NCBI RefSeq assembly: GCF_010550695.1 | Contig: NZ_JAAGOB010000012.1 | Location: forward strand, 13,844-77,843 | Origin: Phytoactinopolyspora alkaliphila | GTDB taxonomy: Bacteria > Actinomycetota > Actinomycetes > Jiangellales > Jiangellaceae | Length of the DNA: 64,000 nucleotides | Direction: 5' to 3' | Shown here: positions 53,056 to 63,395 of the stretch, one piece after another | Layout: the number at the start of each line of letters is the position of its first letter | How positions within the stretch are numbered: position 1 is the first letter of the stretch | The notes under the pieces: generated by a model | The model's input: only the letters and a program-made list of their open reading frames with translations | Told to the model about the DNA's origin: nothing | Database searches by the model: none | Made by a program: the position numbers and the translations under genes

Positions 53056-53633
53056 TGACACGGTTGCACCTGGCAGGAGACCCGGCCGCGGATGCGCTTC
53101 TGGAACGCGATCCGTTCGCCTTGCTCGTCGGCATGCTCCTCGATCAGCAGATCCCCATGGAATGGGCTTTCGCAGGCCCGGCCACCATCGCCGAGCGGCT
53201 CGGCGTCGACACGCTGGACCCCGTGGCCATCGCCGGGCATGAGGCGGAGTCGTTCGCCGCGCTGATGGCGCAGAAGCCCGCCGTGCACAGGTTCCCGGGC
53301 TCGATGGCTGGTCGTGTGCAGGCGCTCGCGGCCCACGTCGCGGAGCACTGGGGCGGTGACGCGAGCGCGATATGGCGGGATGCGACCTCCGGAGCCGAAT
53401 TACTCAAGCGGGTGAAGGCCCTACCCGGCTATGGCGACCAGAAAGCGCGTATCCTCGTGGCACTGCTGGGCAAGCAATTCGACGTACGGCCCGACGGGTG
53501 GCGGCAAGCTGCGGGCGCATACGGCGAGGACGGCTCCACACGGTCCATCGCGGACGTCGTGGACGCTGAGACGCTCGCTCAGGTGCGTGCGTTCAAGAGG
53601 GAAGCAAAGCAGAAGCAGAGGTCGCGCGGATAG
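53055..53633 (+). CDS. HhH-GPD-superfamily base-excision repair-like protein
   Basis: ATG at 53055 overlaps the USP stop (GTGATG). 192 aa. Its MTRLHLAGDPAADALLERDPFALLVGMLLDQQIPMEWAF start and the KALPGYGDQKARIL helix-hairpin-helix are typical of a conserved actinobacterial HhH-GPD family. Confidence 0.65.
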   Translation: MTRLHLAGDPAADALLERDPFALLVGMLLDQQIPMEWAFAGPATIAERLGVDTLDPVAIAGHEAESFAALMAQKPAVHRFPGSMAGRVQALAAHVAEHWGGDASAIWRDATSGAELLKRVKALPGYGDQKARILVALLGKQFDVRPDGWRQAAGAYGEDGSTRSIADVVDAETLAQVRAFKREAKQKQRSRG

Positions 53634-53688
53634 CGGCACGACCATACGGGCGAGGCGGTCTCGTCCAGCCAGCCTGAGGAGGAGCTCG

Positions 53689-55380
53689 ATGCGGGGTCCA
53701 TCGGGCGACGACAGGACGCGCGGGTCTGCGGCAACACCCGTTGACGGAGAACACGTGGGGGTCGGTGCCGTGCCGCCACAAGAGCAAAGGGGAAGGCCCG
53801 TGCGGCCAGCAGATGCACAACGGCTGCTCGGAGCCTTGGCCGGAGCCGACGCGCCCGTGGGCTTCGCCGTGTTCGACGACCAGTACCGTTACCTCGCGGT
53901 GAACGCGTTTCTCGCCGAGCGGTCCGGCAAGACCATCGCGGACCACCTCGGCAGGCGGCCGTCGGACGTCCTTCCGGGTGCCTTGTCCGCGCATACCGAA
54001 GCGATGATCGATCGTGTGCTGCGCACCGGCGAGACCGTGAAGGCCGACGAGCCCGCGGTGCCGAACGCGAGCGGAGCGGTGACCTACTTGCGGTCCACGT
54101 GGTACCTGGTGGACGAGGGCGACCGGCGCGAGGTGGCTATGTTCGTGGTCGACGACACCTCGCAGCGCAGTGCGCTTTCCGCCCTGCGGCACAGCCGGGC
54201 TCGCAACGCGCGACTCCTGGAAGTCGCCGAGGAGCTGGCCGAGGCCGTGACCGTACAGGAGGTGGCCGCCGCTGTGTCGGTCATCGGCCGGGCCACCGTC
54301 GGCGCGCGGTGGACGTCGGTCGTCCTGGTCGGGGATACCGACCTTGAGCTCGACGGACCGTACGTGTCGCGATGGCCGGACCGAGCCGTGACACCCATGT
54401 CGGAAGTGCTGCGTACCGGATGGCCGCTCTTCCTGCCCTCGCGTGAACAAGCGCGCGAGGAGTTCCCGGACGAGCGCTTCGGCGCCTTCCTCGACCAAAC
54501 GGAGGAGCGTTCCTGGGCCGTGCTGGCCTTGTCCACCGATTCCGGCCGGATCGGCGCCGTGCGCTTCGGCTTCGATGAGGAACAGGAGTTCGCATCGGAG
54601 GCCTGCCGGTTCCTCAGGGCAGTCGCCCAGCAATGCTCCGTGGCATTCGAACGAGCTCGGCTGTTCGAACAGGAACGCACCGCGACGGCCTCCCTGACCG
54701 AGGGCTTGATGCCTCCAGTGCTACCCCGCATCGAGGGCCTCGAGCTGGCCGCACGGAGTGTGCCCGGGTCCGCGGACGCCGTGGGCGGCGACTGGTACGA
54801 CGCTTTCGAACTGCCGGACGGAACCGTCTCGGTCGTCGTCGGCGACGTGATGGGACACGGCTTGTCCGCCGCGTCCGGCATGGGTCAGCTCCGCGCCGCG
54901 CTCCGTGCGCTAGCGCTGGGCGACGCCGACCCGGGAGCGGTCCTCGAAGGCCTGGACCGCCTGGTGGAGGGCGGTGGCTCGGTAGAGATGGCCACGGTGG
55001 TCTACCTGGTCATCGATCCGTCGGACGGGCGTGTCCGGCTCGGTGACGCGGGACATCTGCCCATGGTGCGGGTGCCCCTCGACGGCGAGCTCGAGCTCGT
55101 CGACGGTGGCTCCGACACCACGCCCATCGGGGTCGGGGAGGCCCGGCTGAGCCGTGGCATCGCGCTGGCTCCCGGTGAGATCCTGCTCGCCTTCACCGAC
55201 GGCCTGGTGGAGAGCAGGTCGCGCGGGGTCGAAGAAGGCGTCGCCGAGCTGCTGAGCTGTTTGGACGAGCATCGGCGGGAGCCATTGGATACGATGCTCG
55301 ACGCGATGGTCGAGCGGCTTCGCATGCCCGGCCCATCGGACGACGTCACGGTTCTCGCGCTACGGTGGACGGGGCTGTGA
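53689..55380 (+). CDS. PAS/GAF-containing PP2C (SpoIIE-type) serine phosphatase
   Basis: ATG at 53689 follows TGAGGAGGAG. 563 aa with PAS-like and GAF-like N-terminal regions and a C-terminal PP2C with DWYD, VGDVMGHG and the FTDGL motif. The upstream extension from 53431 is rejected. Confidence 0.85.
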   Translation: MRGPSGDDRTRGSAATPVDGEHVGVGAVPPQEQRGRPVRPADAQRLLGALAGADAPVGFAVFDDQYRYLAVNAFLAERSGKTIADHLGRRPSDVLPGALSAHTEAMIDRVLRTGETVKADEPAVPNASGAVTYLRSTWYLVDEGDRREVAMFVVDDTSQRSALSALRHSRARNARLLEVAEELAEAVTVQEVAAAVSVIGRATVGARWTSVVLVGDTDLELDGPYVSRWPDRAVTPMSEVLRTGWPLFLPSREQAREEFPDERFGAFLDQTEERSWAVLALSTDSGRIGAVRFGFDEEQEFASEACRFLRAVAQQCSVAFERARLFEQERTATASLTEGLMPPVLPRIEGLELAARSVPGSADAVGGDWYDAFELPDGTVSVVVGDVMGHGLSAASGMGQLRAALRALALGDADPGAVLEGLDRLVEGGGSVEMATVVYLVIDPSDGRVRLGDAGHLPMVRVPLDGELELVDGGSDTTPIGVGEARLSRGIALAPGEILLAFTDGLVESRSRGVEEGVAELLSCLDEHRREPLDTMLDAMVERLRMPGPSDDVTVLALRWTGL

Positions 55381-55494
55381 GCTACGCCACGGCCCGTGCC
55401 CCGATGTGTGGGGCGGGACGGGAAGCGTGCTTCGTGTCAGAATGTTGTGTTGCGTGTCTTGATCGTCTGCCCCCCAAACGACGAGAGGTTGTTC

Positions 55495-57045
55495 GTGTCG
55501 CCTAGCCCGTCCCGTTCCAAGTACGCCCGGATCTTCGAGCTACCGCCCGTCCAAGAGCTTGTGACTCGAGGCCGGGAGTCCGGATCGGTGAACGCCCAGG
55601 ATGTGCGCGTGGCTTGCGAGGAGGCGAACCTCGCGATGAAAGAGAGCCGCATCGTCGTCGAGCATTTGAAGTCAACAGGTATTACTGTCGAGATTGCAGC
55701 TGCCGACTCGCGGACCCGTTCACGGAAGCGTGTGGTGGCCGCTGCGGCTCGTCGCACCACGGCGACGGCATCCACACCAGCGCACCAGGCCGAGACGGCG
55801 GCCGAGAGTACAGGCCAGCAGGCACCGGAGAAGAGCGAGGGATCTGTGAAGACTGCGGTGAAGAAGACTCCGGCGGCGGCAGTTCAAGACGAGCCCTCCG
55901 AGGCCGCTCCAGCGGTTTCCACAGCCAAGGCGGCTGCTACCAAGACCAAGCCCGCCCGCGGGCGCAAGGGCGGCAAGCGCGGCGCGGCGGAGACCGCGGA
56001 GGTCGCACCCGGTTCGCCGCAGGCGGCACCGGGCGCCGATGAGCCGGATCCCAGCGAGCTGACCGACGAAGGCTTCGTCCTGTCCGAGGACGACGACACC
56101 GACGAGCCCGAGCAGCAGGTGGTCGTCGCCGGTGCGACGGCCGACCCGGTGAAGGACTATCTGAAGCAGATCGGCAAGGTCCCGCTGCTCAACGCCGAGC
56201 AGGAAGTCGAGCTCGCGAAGCGCATCGAAGCCGGCCTGTTCGCCGAGGAGAAGATCGCCAACGAGTCCGGCACCACCGATCAGAAGCTGGTCAGCGAGCT
56301 GTCGTGGATCGCCGAAGACGGCCGGCGCGCCAAGAATCATCTGCTCGAAGCGAACCTGCGACTCGTCGTCTCGCTAGCCAAGCGTTACACCGGCCGGGGC
56401 ATGCTCTTCCTCGACCTGATCCAGGAAGGCAACCTCGGACTGATCCGTGCGGTCGAGAAATTCGACTACACGAAGGGGTACAAGTTCTCCACTTACGCCA
56501 CGTGGTGGATCCGGCAGGCGATCACCCGGGCCATGGCCGACCAGGCCCGGACCATCCGCATTCCGGTCCATATGGTCGAGGTCATCAACAAGCTCGCCCG
56601 GGTTCAGCGCCAGATGCTCCAGGACCTGGGGCGCGAGCCCACACCGGAGGAGCTGGCCAAAGAGCTGGACATGACGCCGGAGAAGGTCGTCGAGGTCCAG
56701 AAGTACGGGCGCGAACCCATCTCCCTGCACACCCCGCTCGGTGAGGACGGTGACAGCGAGTTCGGAGATCTCATCGAAGACTCCGAGGCGATCGTGCCCG
56801 CGGAAGCTGTGTCGTTCACGTTGCTCCAGGAGCAGCTGCACGCCGTGCTGGACACCCTGTCCGAACGTGAGGCCGGGGTCGTCTCCATGCGTTTCGGCCT
56901 GACCGACGGGCAGCCGAAAACCCTGGACGAGATCGGCAAGGTCTATGGCGTCACGCGCGAGCGGATCCGGCAGATAGAGAGCAAGACCATGAGCAAGCTC
57001 AGGCACCCGTCGCGTTCGCAGGTTCTGCGGGACTACCTCGACTAG
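55495..57045 (+). CDS. sigA: Principal RNA polymerase sigma factor (sigma-70 group 1, HrdB/SigA)
   Basis: GTG at 55495 follows GAGAGG. Regions 1.2-4.2 are all present ([31 protein letters not shown]...[44 protein letters not shown]...). The N-terminus resembles HrdB region 1.1 plus a basic/Ala-rich linker. Confidence 0.95.
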   Translation: MSPSPSRSKYARIFELPPVQELVTRGRESGSVNAQDVRVACEEANLAMKESRIVVEHLKSTGITVEIAAADSRTRSRKRVVAAAARRTTATASTPAHQAETAAESTGQQAPEKSEGSVKTAVKKTPAAAVQDEPSEAAPAVSTAKAAATKTKPARGRKGGKRGAAETAEVAPGSPQAAPGADEPDPSELTDEGFVLSEDDDTDEPEQQVVVAGATADPVKDYLKQIGKVPLLNAEQEVELAKRIEAGLFAEEKIANESGTTDQKLVSELSWIAEDGRRAKNHLLEANLRLVVSLAKRYTGRGMLFLDLIQEGNLGLIRAVEKFDYTKGYKFSTYATWWIRQAITRAMADQARTIRIPVHMVEVINKLARVQRQMLQDLGREPTPEELAKELDMTPEKVVEVQKYGREPISLHTPLGEDGDSEFGDLIEDSEAIVPAEAVSFTLLQEQLHAVLDTLSEREAGVVSMRFGLTDGQPKTLDEIGKVYGVTRERIRQIESKTMSKLRHPSRSQVLRDYLD

Positions 57046-57128
57046 ACCTGTCTCTCTCCTCTCGTGTCGCGAGCAGACAACGCAGGCCGGCCGGCGTCCA
57101 TCGCAGATCGGGGAGAGGTGAGCCGAGC

Positions 57129-57704
57129 GTGAGTCCGCCCGCAGAGATCGAGCGCCGACGTTCCTCGCCGCTAGCTCAGCTGATCCCCGTGATCGGCATG
57201 ATCGCCCTGATGTGGGGACAGGAGATCGTCGACCAGCTTCCTGGCGTCGATCTCGACCAGTACGGTATCCGTCCGCGCAGTGCGGAGGGGCTCGCAGGCA
57301 TTGTCAGCGCGCCCTTCCTCCACGGCGGCTTCGACCATCTGATCGCCAACACCGGCGCGTTTCTGGTACTCGGCAGTCTCATAGCGCTCACCACCAGAAA
57401 GTTCTGGCCGGTCACCATCGGTGTGGCGCTCCTGGGAGGATTGGGCACCTGGCTGGTGGCAGCGGCCAATACCAATCACATCGGAGCCAGCGGGCTCGTC
57501 TACGGCTTCGCGGCGTTCCTCGTCGCCTGGGGTGTTCTCACCCGCCGCCTGCTGAGCCTCGTCGTGTCCATCCTCGTCGTCGTCATGTACGGCGGGATCG
57601 TCGTGGGAGTGCTGCCGGGCCAGCCGGGCATCTCCTGGCAAGGTCACCTCTTCGGCGCCCTGGCCGGCGTCGTCATGGCGTTTGTGCTGCGCCGCAAGGG
57701 GTGA
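57129..57704 (+). CDS. Rhomboid-family intramembrane serine protease
   Basis: 191 aa with 6 TM helices, the catalytic GASGLVYG (GxSG) and His in HLFGALAG. The start codon is uncertain. Confidence 0.85.
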   Translation: MSPPAEIERRRSSPLAQLIPVIGMIALMWGQEIVDQLPGVDLDQYGIRPRSAEGLAGIVSAPFLHGGFDHLIANTGAFLVLGSLIALTTRKFWPVTIGVALLGGLGTWLVAAANTNHIGASGLVYGFAAFLVAWGVLTRRLLSLVVSILVVVMYGGIVVGVLPGQPGISWQGHLFGALAGVVMAFVLRRKG

Positions 57705-58036
57705 GGTAGGGTTCTTCATCGGCGCGTCGGCACACACCGACATTATCCGGGCTATTGGTGGGACGATGTCGGTTCGCTCGCTCAGACCCGCGTGTGCGTG
57801 GTGTCGTGTGAGTTCCGGCCGCGGGATGCTGGGCGTCGTGAGTCGTGGAACCGGTCGTGGGAAGAATCGGGACTGCGGACGGCACATAGCCACACGACGC
57901 GGCCCACACCGGCCGTGACGATCGCCGTGGGGCAGATTGCTGGTGCAAAGACACTGGTCAGTGCGCCGTGAAGATCGTCGTGGTGGTCCTGGCGGTTCCC
58001 TGGTCGGCGGCAGCCGGGTTTTGGGCTACCTAGAGT

Positions 58037-58068
58037 CCTGCCCGCGACGCCGTGGCGCCGCGGGCAGG
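58037..58068. terminator. GC hairpin (10-bp stem) 3' of the small zinc-ribbon gene
   Basis: CCTGCCCGCG (58037-58046) pairs with CGCGGGCAGG (58059-58068) across a 12-nt loop. It lies 20 nt beyond the minus-strand TAA stop. Confidence 0.4.
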
Positions 58069-58088
58069 GAAGCTGGGCTTGGCTGAAT

Positions 58089-58301
58089 TTAGGACGCGGG
58101 TTCGCTCGGCGCTGTGAGACGCGCGGTCTCGTCGTGCCATTCAAGCGCGATGGGACGTAGCTTGGCCTCGAACTTGCGGCCGTGGTGGCCGCAGAACAGC
58201 AACTCGCCCTGGTCGAGCATCGCACGGATGTAGGCCTGGGCTCCGCAGCTGTCGCAGCGGTCAGCGGCGTTCAACGGCTTGGTCGCGAGAGTAGTCGTCA
58301 C
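58089..58301 (-). CDS. Small zinc-ribbon protein (70 aa), conserved actinobacterial, divergent from the ParE-like gene
   Basis: GTG at 58301 lies 9 nt after AGGAAGG. The sequence VTTTLATKPLNAADRCDSCGAQAYIRAMLDQGELLFCGHHGRKFEAKLRPIALEWHDE carries a CxxC...CxHH metal-binding arrangement. The longer 136-aa ORF is rejected. Confidence 0.6.
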   Translation of the reverse strand: MTTTLATKPLNAADRCDSCGAQAYIRAMLDQGELLFCGHHGRKFEAKLRPIALEWHDETARLTAPSEPAS

Positions 58302-58720
58302 GTCGCGCACCTTCCTGATCGTGGGGCCACTCGCTGTGGCGGGTGGTCGTGTCTTGCATCCGTACCAACATGTAATCACCCGGATGCGTTCCCGGTATGC
58401 CCCCACGGGCGGGTTCGCTCTGCGCGTACAGAATTCCGAGTGACGCTGGTCACAGGTCAGGACATCCTTCTTCTCGGGTGGAGAAACGGACGCCATCACC
58501 GGGTGCCGGCCTCATCGCCAACTGTCCATATAGTGACACCGTTCGTCTCACATTTCAAGCAGATGGACGTGCGTCATCGCGCTCACCTGGTGACGGCAGC
58601 ACTCACGCCCAGCCGGGTGGCACTCAGGGCGTGGCGCTGCGGACCCGTCGGTCGCCCGGCCTATGCTGGCAGAGCCGGCGTGACCGACACGCCAGAAGCA
58701 GTGCAAGGAGGAGCCGCCCC

Positions 58721-60814
58721 GTGAACCGGCAGACCGCCAGCAGCCGAGGCAGCGACTACACCGCGCGTCATCTGTCGGTCCTCGAAGGACTGGAAGCGGT
58801 TCGCAAGAGGCCCGGCATGTATATCGGCTCCACCGACGCCCGGGGCCTGATGCACTGCCTGTGGGAGATCATCGACAACGCCGTGGACGAGGCGCTGGCG
58901 GGTTATTGCAACCGGGTGGATGTGGTGCTGCGCGCGGACGGATCCGCCGAGGTCCGGGACAACGGCCGGGGCATTCCGGTCGACATGCACACCAAGTCCG
59001 GCCTGTCCGGCGTCGAGGTGGTCTTCACGAAGCTGCACGCCGGCGGTAAGTTCGGCGGCGGGTCGTATGCGGCCACCGGTGGGCTGCACGGAGTGGGCGC
59101 CAGCGTCGTGAACGCGCTTTCGGGCCGGCTCGATGTCGAGGTGGATCGCGCGGGCAAGACCCATGCCATGTCATTTCGCCGCGGTGAGCCGGGTCTGTAC
59201 GGCGGGGACGGCCCCGAGGCTCCGTTCGAGCCGTTCACCGACCATTCTGAGCTTCGCGTCACCGGTAAGGTCGCCAAGCGTGCCTCGGGAACCCGCGTGC
59301 GGTTCTGGGCAGACCGGCAGATCTTCCTGCGTGACGCCACGTATACCTGGGATGAGCTCGTCTCCAGGGCGCGGCAGACGTCGTATCTCATTCCGGGCTT
59401 GGAACTCGTGGTTCGAGACGAGCGTGGCGAGACACCGGTGGAGGAGAAGTTCCGCCACGACGGCGGCATCAGTGAGTTCGTGGAGTATCTCAGCCCGGGC
59501 GCGTCGGTCACAGATGTCCTGCGGCTCACCGGTTCGGCCACCTTCCGGGAGACAGTCCCAGTCCTTGACGACGACGGCCAGCTGATCTCCAAGGACACCG
59601 AACGCACCTGTGAGGTCGATATCGCCTTGCGGTGGGACACCGGCTACGACTCGATCTCCCGTTCGTTCGTCAACGTGATCTCCACGCCCAAGGGCGGAAC
59701 CCACGTCGCGGGCTTCGAGCAGGGCCTGATCAAGGTGATGCGCGATCAGATCAAGGCGAACAGCCGCCGGCTGAAGGCCGGCAACGACAAGATCGAGAAG
59801 GACGATGTGCTCGAGGGGCTCACCTCGGTCGTCACTGTTCGCCTGGACGAGCCGCAATTCGAGGGGCAGACCAAGGAGGTCCTCGGAACGTCTGCCGTAC
59901 GCGGCATCGTGGCCAGCGTCGTGGAACGTGAGCTCAAGGCCTTCCTCACCTCCACGAAACGCAACGAGAAGGCCCAGGCGTCGGCCGTGCTGGAGAAGGT
60001 CGTCTCAGCCGCTAAGGCACGCGTCGCGGCGCGCTTGCACAAGGAGACCGTGCGGCGCAAGAACGCGCTGGAGACCAGCACACTGCCTACCAAGCTGGTC
60101 GACTGCCGCTCGAACAGTCTCGATCGATCCGAACTGTTCATCGTCGAGGGAGACTCCGCTCTCGGCACTGGCAGATCGGCCCGAGACGCGGAGTTCCAGG
60201 CATTGCTGCCGATCCGCGGGAAGATCCTCAACGTGCAGAAGGCGTCCGTGGGCGACATGCTCAAGAACGCCGAGTGCGCCGCCATCATCCAGGTGCTCGG
60301 AGCGGGAAGCGGCCGGACGTTCGACATCGACCAGGCCCGCTACGGCCGGGTGATCCTCATGTGCGACGCCGACGTCGACGGCGCCCACATCCGCACGCTT
60401 CTCGTCACGCTCTTCTTCCGGTACATGCGGCCCTATGTGGAGGCCGGCCGGCTGTTCGCCGCAGTGCCCCCACTGCACCGTCTTGAGCTGATCAACCCGA
60501 AGAAGGGACAGGACAAGTACATCTACACGTACACCGACGCGGAACTGCACCGCGTGTCGCTGGAGTTGCAGCGTAAGGGTGTGCGGTGGAAGGAACCCCC
60601 CCAACGGTACAAGGGCCTCGGCGAGATGGACCCCGACCAGCTGGCCGAGACCACCATGGATCCACGTCACCGGCGGCTGCGGCGGATCACGGCCGCCGAC
60701 GCGGAGGCGGCCGAGCGGGTATTCGAACTGCTCATGGGTAACGACGTCGCACCCCGTAAGGAGTTCATCATCGCCGGTGCGGCCGAGCTGAATCGCGAAC
60801 AGATCGACGCCTAG
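58721..60814 (+). CDS. Type IIA DNA topoisomerase subunit B (GyrB/ParE family; likely topoisomerase IV ParE-like paralog)
   Basis: GTG at 58721 follows GCAAGGAGGAG. 697 aa with the GHKL ATPase motifs (ELVRKRPGMYIGSTD, HCLWEIIDNAVDE), a transducer domain and Toprim (EGDSA...LPIRGKILNV), and C-terminal PLKGK/QRYKGLGEM motifs. Its location next to hrdB mirrors Streptomyces parE. Assignment as ParE versus GyrB is not certain from sequence alone. Confidence 0.9.
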   Translation: MNRQTASSRGSDYTARHLSVLEGLEAVRKRPGMYIGSTDARGLMHCLWEIIDNAVDEALAGYCNRVDVVLRADGSAEVRDNGRGIPVDMHTKSGLSGVEVVFTKLHAGGKFGGGSYAATGGLHGVGASVVNALSGRLDVEVDRAGKTHAMSFRRGEPGLYGGDGPEAPFEPFTDHSELRVTGKVAKRASGTRVRFWADRQIFLRDATYTWDELVSRARQTSYLIPGLELVVRDERGETPVEEKFRHDGGISEFVEYLSPGASVTDVLRLTGSATFRETVPVLDDDGQLISKDTERTCEVDIALRWDTGYDSISRSFVNVISTPKGGTHVAGFEQGLIKVMRDQIKANSRRLKAGNDKIEKDDVLEGLTSVVTVRLDEPQFEGQTKEVLGTSAVRGIVASVVERELKAFLTSTKRNEKAQASAVLEKVVSAAKARVAARLHKETVRRKNALETSTLPTKLVDCRSNSLDRSELFIVEGDSALGTGRSARDAEFQALLPIRGKILNVQKASVGDMLKNAECAAIIQVLGAGSGRTFDIDQARYGRVILMCDADVDGAHIRTLLVTLFFRYMRPYVEAGRLFAAVPPLHRLELINPKKGQDKYIYTYTDAELHRVSLELQRKGVRWKEPPQRYKGLGEMDPDQLAETTMDPRHRRLRRITAADAEAAERVFELLMGNDVAPRKEFIIAGAAELNREQIDA

Positions 60815-60827
60815 CCTGCGGGCTAAC

Positions 60828-62021
60828 TTGCCGATGTCAGCACAGGTCAGCCTCTGGTCCATCGGGCCGTCGGTATATCTGCCGTCCCTACTATTCGGCA
60901 TCGGCCAGGGAGCCATAGCGCCGGTGGTCGTGCTGTCCGCACGAGAGCTGGGCGCCTCGGTAGCGACGGCCAGTCTTGTGGTGGCGATGCTGGGCGTCGG
61001 CCAGATCATCGGCGACCTGCCAGCGGGCATGCTCGCCGTACGGATCGGGGAGCAGCGGGCCATGCTCGTGGCGGCCGCCGCAACCGTGGGCGCGCTGGTG
61101 CTGTGCATCATGGCGAACTCGGTATGGGTGCTGGCCATCGGTATCGGGATGGTCGGAACAGCCGCATCGGTGTGGGGACTGGCCAGGCACGCCTACCTGA
61201 CCGAGGTGATTCCGTACGCACAGCGCGCCCGGGCACTGTCGACGCTGGGCGGAACGCACCGGGTCGGCATGTTCGCAGGCCCGTTCATCGGTGCGCTGGT
61301 CATGAGCGGCATGGGGACCGACGGCGGCTACTGGGTGCACGTCGCTACGGCTGTCCTGGCTGCCGGCCTGCTCGTCCTGCTTCCCGCGGTCCCCAGTCCG
61401 TCGCCCCGCTCAGGACACGACGTCTCGCGAGAGAGCACGCTCGACGTGGTCCGACGGCACCTGCCGGTCCTGCGTACCTTGGGGATGGGCGCGCTCCTGG
61501 TGGGGGCGGCCCGGGCATCGCGTCAGGTGGTGATACCCCTGTGGGGCGACCACATCGGCCTGGATGCCGCCACCACGAGCCTGATCTTCGGTCTCTCCGG
61601 TGCTGTCGACATGCTGCTCTTCTATCCGGCCGGCCTGGTCATGGACCGGCTGGGGCGGCGCTGGGTGGCCGTGCCGTCGATGCTGGTACTCGGTCTGTCC
61701 TACGTCCTCCTTCCGCTCACGCACAGCGTGGCTACGCTGGCGGCAGTGTCGATGGTGATGGGTCTGGGCAACGGCATGGGCAGCGGCATCATCATGACCA
61801 TCGGATCGGACATCTCACCGGCGGGCAGCCGTGCGACCTTCCTCGGGGCGTGGCGGCTGTGTGCCGATGTCGGAAACGGAGCGGGGCCGGTGCTGATCAG
61901 CGCGGTCACCGCTGCCGCCGCGCTGGGGCCGGCGATATTGTCGATGGGTGCGGTCGCGGCTCTCGCGGCCCTCGGTATGGGCTACTGGATCCCACGCTAC
62001 GGAGGATCCCCGAGAGAGTGA
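60828..62021 (+). CDS. MFS transporter
   Basis: 397 aa with 12 predicted TM helices and an MFS-type loop between TM2 and TM3. Confidence 0.85.
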   Translation: MPMSAQVSLWSIGPSVYLPSLLFGIGQGAIAPVVVLSARELGASVATASLVVAMLGVGQIIGDLPAGMLAVRIGEQRAMLVAAAATVGALVLCIMANSVWVLAIGIGMVGTAASVWGLARHAYLTEVIPYAQRARALSTLGGTHRVGMFAGPFIGALVMSGMGTDGGYWVHVATAVLAAGLLVLLPAVPSPSPRSGHDVSRESTLDVVRRHLPVLRTLGMGALLVGAARASRQVVIPLWGDHIGLDAATTSLIFGLSGAVDMLLFYPAGLVMDRLGRRWVAVPSMLVLGLSYVLLPLTHSVATLAAVSMVMGLGNGMGSGIIMTIGSDISPAGSRATFLGAWRLCADVGNGAGPVLISAVTAAAALGPAILSMGAVAALAALGMGYWIPRYGGSPRE

Positions 62022-62029
62022 GGGCGTGT

Positions 62030-63331
62030 ATGTCGGCTGAGACCTCCGCGGACATCAGACGCCGGCCAGCGATGCGCACCAGCCAGATCGTCTCGGCGGC
62101 GGTGATCGGCGCAGCGGCCGGCGCGGCACTCACGTCAGGGCGGGGCCGGCGGGCGGCGCTGGCGGGCACGCTCGTCGGCGCCGGCCTCACCGGAGTGTCC
62201 GAATGGATCGCCCGCGCCCGGCAGCGGCCGGACGAGATTCCTGCCCTGCCGCACCGGATCCTGGTGAGCACGGCGCTCGCCGCCCCTGTCGGATGGCTCG
62301 CCGACCGGCTGGGCACTCCGCGTCCGCTGAGTGTCGGCCTGGTCGCCGGAGGCATCGCGGGAGCCATGGGTGTCCGGCCGCACAAGGTGGTGCTGGGACC
62401 CGCGGTCGGGGGTGCCGTAGGCGCCGTCCTGGGACGCGCGGGGCAGCACGTACCTGCGGCGACGGTTGCGGCAGCGACCGTTCTGGCGTACCGCACGATC
62501 TCCGCGCTGGTCTTCCGTGATGCTCAGATCTCGCTTCTTGCCGAGGACGCGGATCCCGCCGAGCTGCCTTTCGTGGTGCCGCTCGGCACTCAAGCTCGGT
62601 ATGTCGGGACCGACTACGTCCGTGAGCTCGCGGGTATCGCCGGGGGAACCTATACGCGTGACGCCTCCGACGTCGGCATCGTCTCCTCGCTGGATGAGCT
62701 GAACGGCCCGGACTTCGATGCCCAGCGGGTGGATCCCCTGGTCCGCGAGTTCTACGAGCACACCACCCGGTTCAGTCTCGACATCCGGCCGCACTGGCGC
62801 GCCTGGGTCCGGCCGGGGTACGTGCTGTACCGGACGCTGGTCGCCCGCCCGCTCGGCCAGGCCAACGTCCCCATGAACCAACGCGCCGCCCTTCGCGGAG
62901 TCACCAGCAGGATCGACACGATCAGTGGGCTCCACGGCCCCGACGTCCGAGGTTGGATCCGATCGTTCACCGACGACGACGAGCCCATCTACGTCGGCAT
63001 CTACACCACCTACCGGCACGGCGGGCGCGGCTACATCAGCGTTGGATTCCCGTTGCCCGGCTCGAGTTTCACCGCGACCCTCACGCCCACTGCCCGCGAT
63101 GACGGTGGACTGACGCTGTCGAGCACGAGCACGCTCACCCATCCCGGCCACTACCTGACCTACATCGACCCGGGGTCGAGTCACCTCACGTCGCTGGCCG
63201 TACGGGGCTTCGCCGAAGAGCTGCACGTCCGTGCCGACGGCGGCGAGCTGAGCGCCGAGCATGCGTTCACGCTGTTCGGTCTGCCGTTTCTCACATTGCA
63301 CTACCGGATCTGGCGTTCCGGCGCCGCCTGA
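62030..63331 (+). CDS. Hypothetical protein (N-terminal Gly/Ala-rich membrane region plus an unknown roughly 250-aa C-terminal domain)
   Basis: ATG at 62030, in frame within the 61103..63331 ORF, which is otherwise rejected because it overlaps the MFS gene. 433 aa with no motif I recognise. Confidence 0.55.
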   Translation: MSAETSADIRRRPAMRTSQIVSAAVIGAAAGAALTSGRGRRAALAGTLVGAGLTGVSEWIARARQRPDEIPALPHRILVSTALAAPVGWLADRLGTPRPLSVGLVAGGIAGAMGVRPHKVVLGPAVGGAVGAVLGRAGQHVPAATVAAATVLAYRTISALVFRDAQISLLAEDADPAELPFVVPLGTQARYVGTDYVRELAGIAGGTYTRDASDVGIVSSLDELNGPDFDAQRVDPLVREFYEHTTRFSLDIRPHWRAWVRPGYVLYRTLVARPLGQANVPMNQRAALRGVTSRIDTISGLHGPDVRGWIRSFTDDDEPIYVGIYTTYRHGGRGYISVGFPLPGSSFTATLTPTARDDGGLTLSSTSTLTHPGHYLTYIDPGSSHLTSLAVRGFAEELHVRADGGELSAEHAFTLFGLPFLTLHYRIWRSGAA

Positions 63332-63395
63332 TCCGTCTCCGGGAATCCCCGCCGCCACCGGACCTGGTCGCGGGATCGCCGTATGCTGGCGTCCC

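Noticed and set aside
53431-53688. 86-codon upstream extension of the PP2C phosphatase ORF
   Set aside because: It overlaps the HhH-GPD gene in another frame. A good RBS and ATG lie at 53689.
58397-58720. 108-codon upstream extension of the ParE/GyrB-like ORF
   Set aside because: It overlaps the divergent zinc-ribbon gene. The GHKL N-terminus starts right after the GTG at 58721, which has a strong RBS.
61103-62029. Upstream part of the 742-aa ORF 61103..63331
   Set aside because: It lies entirely inside the MFS transporter gene in a different frame. Only 62030..63331 is kept.
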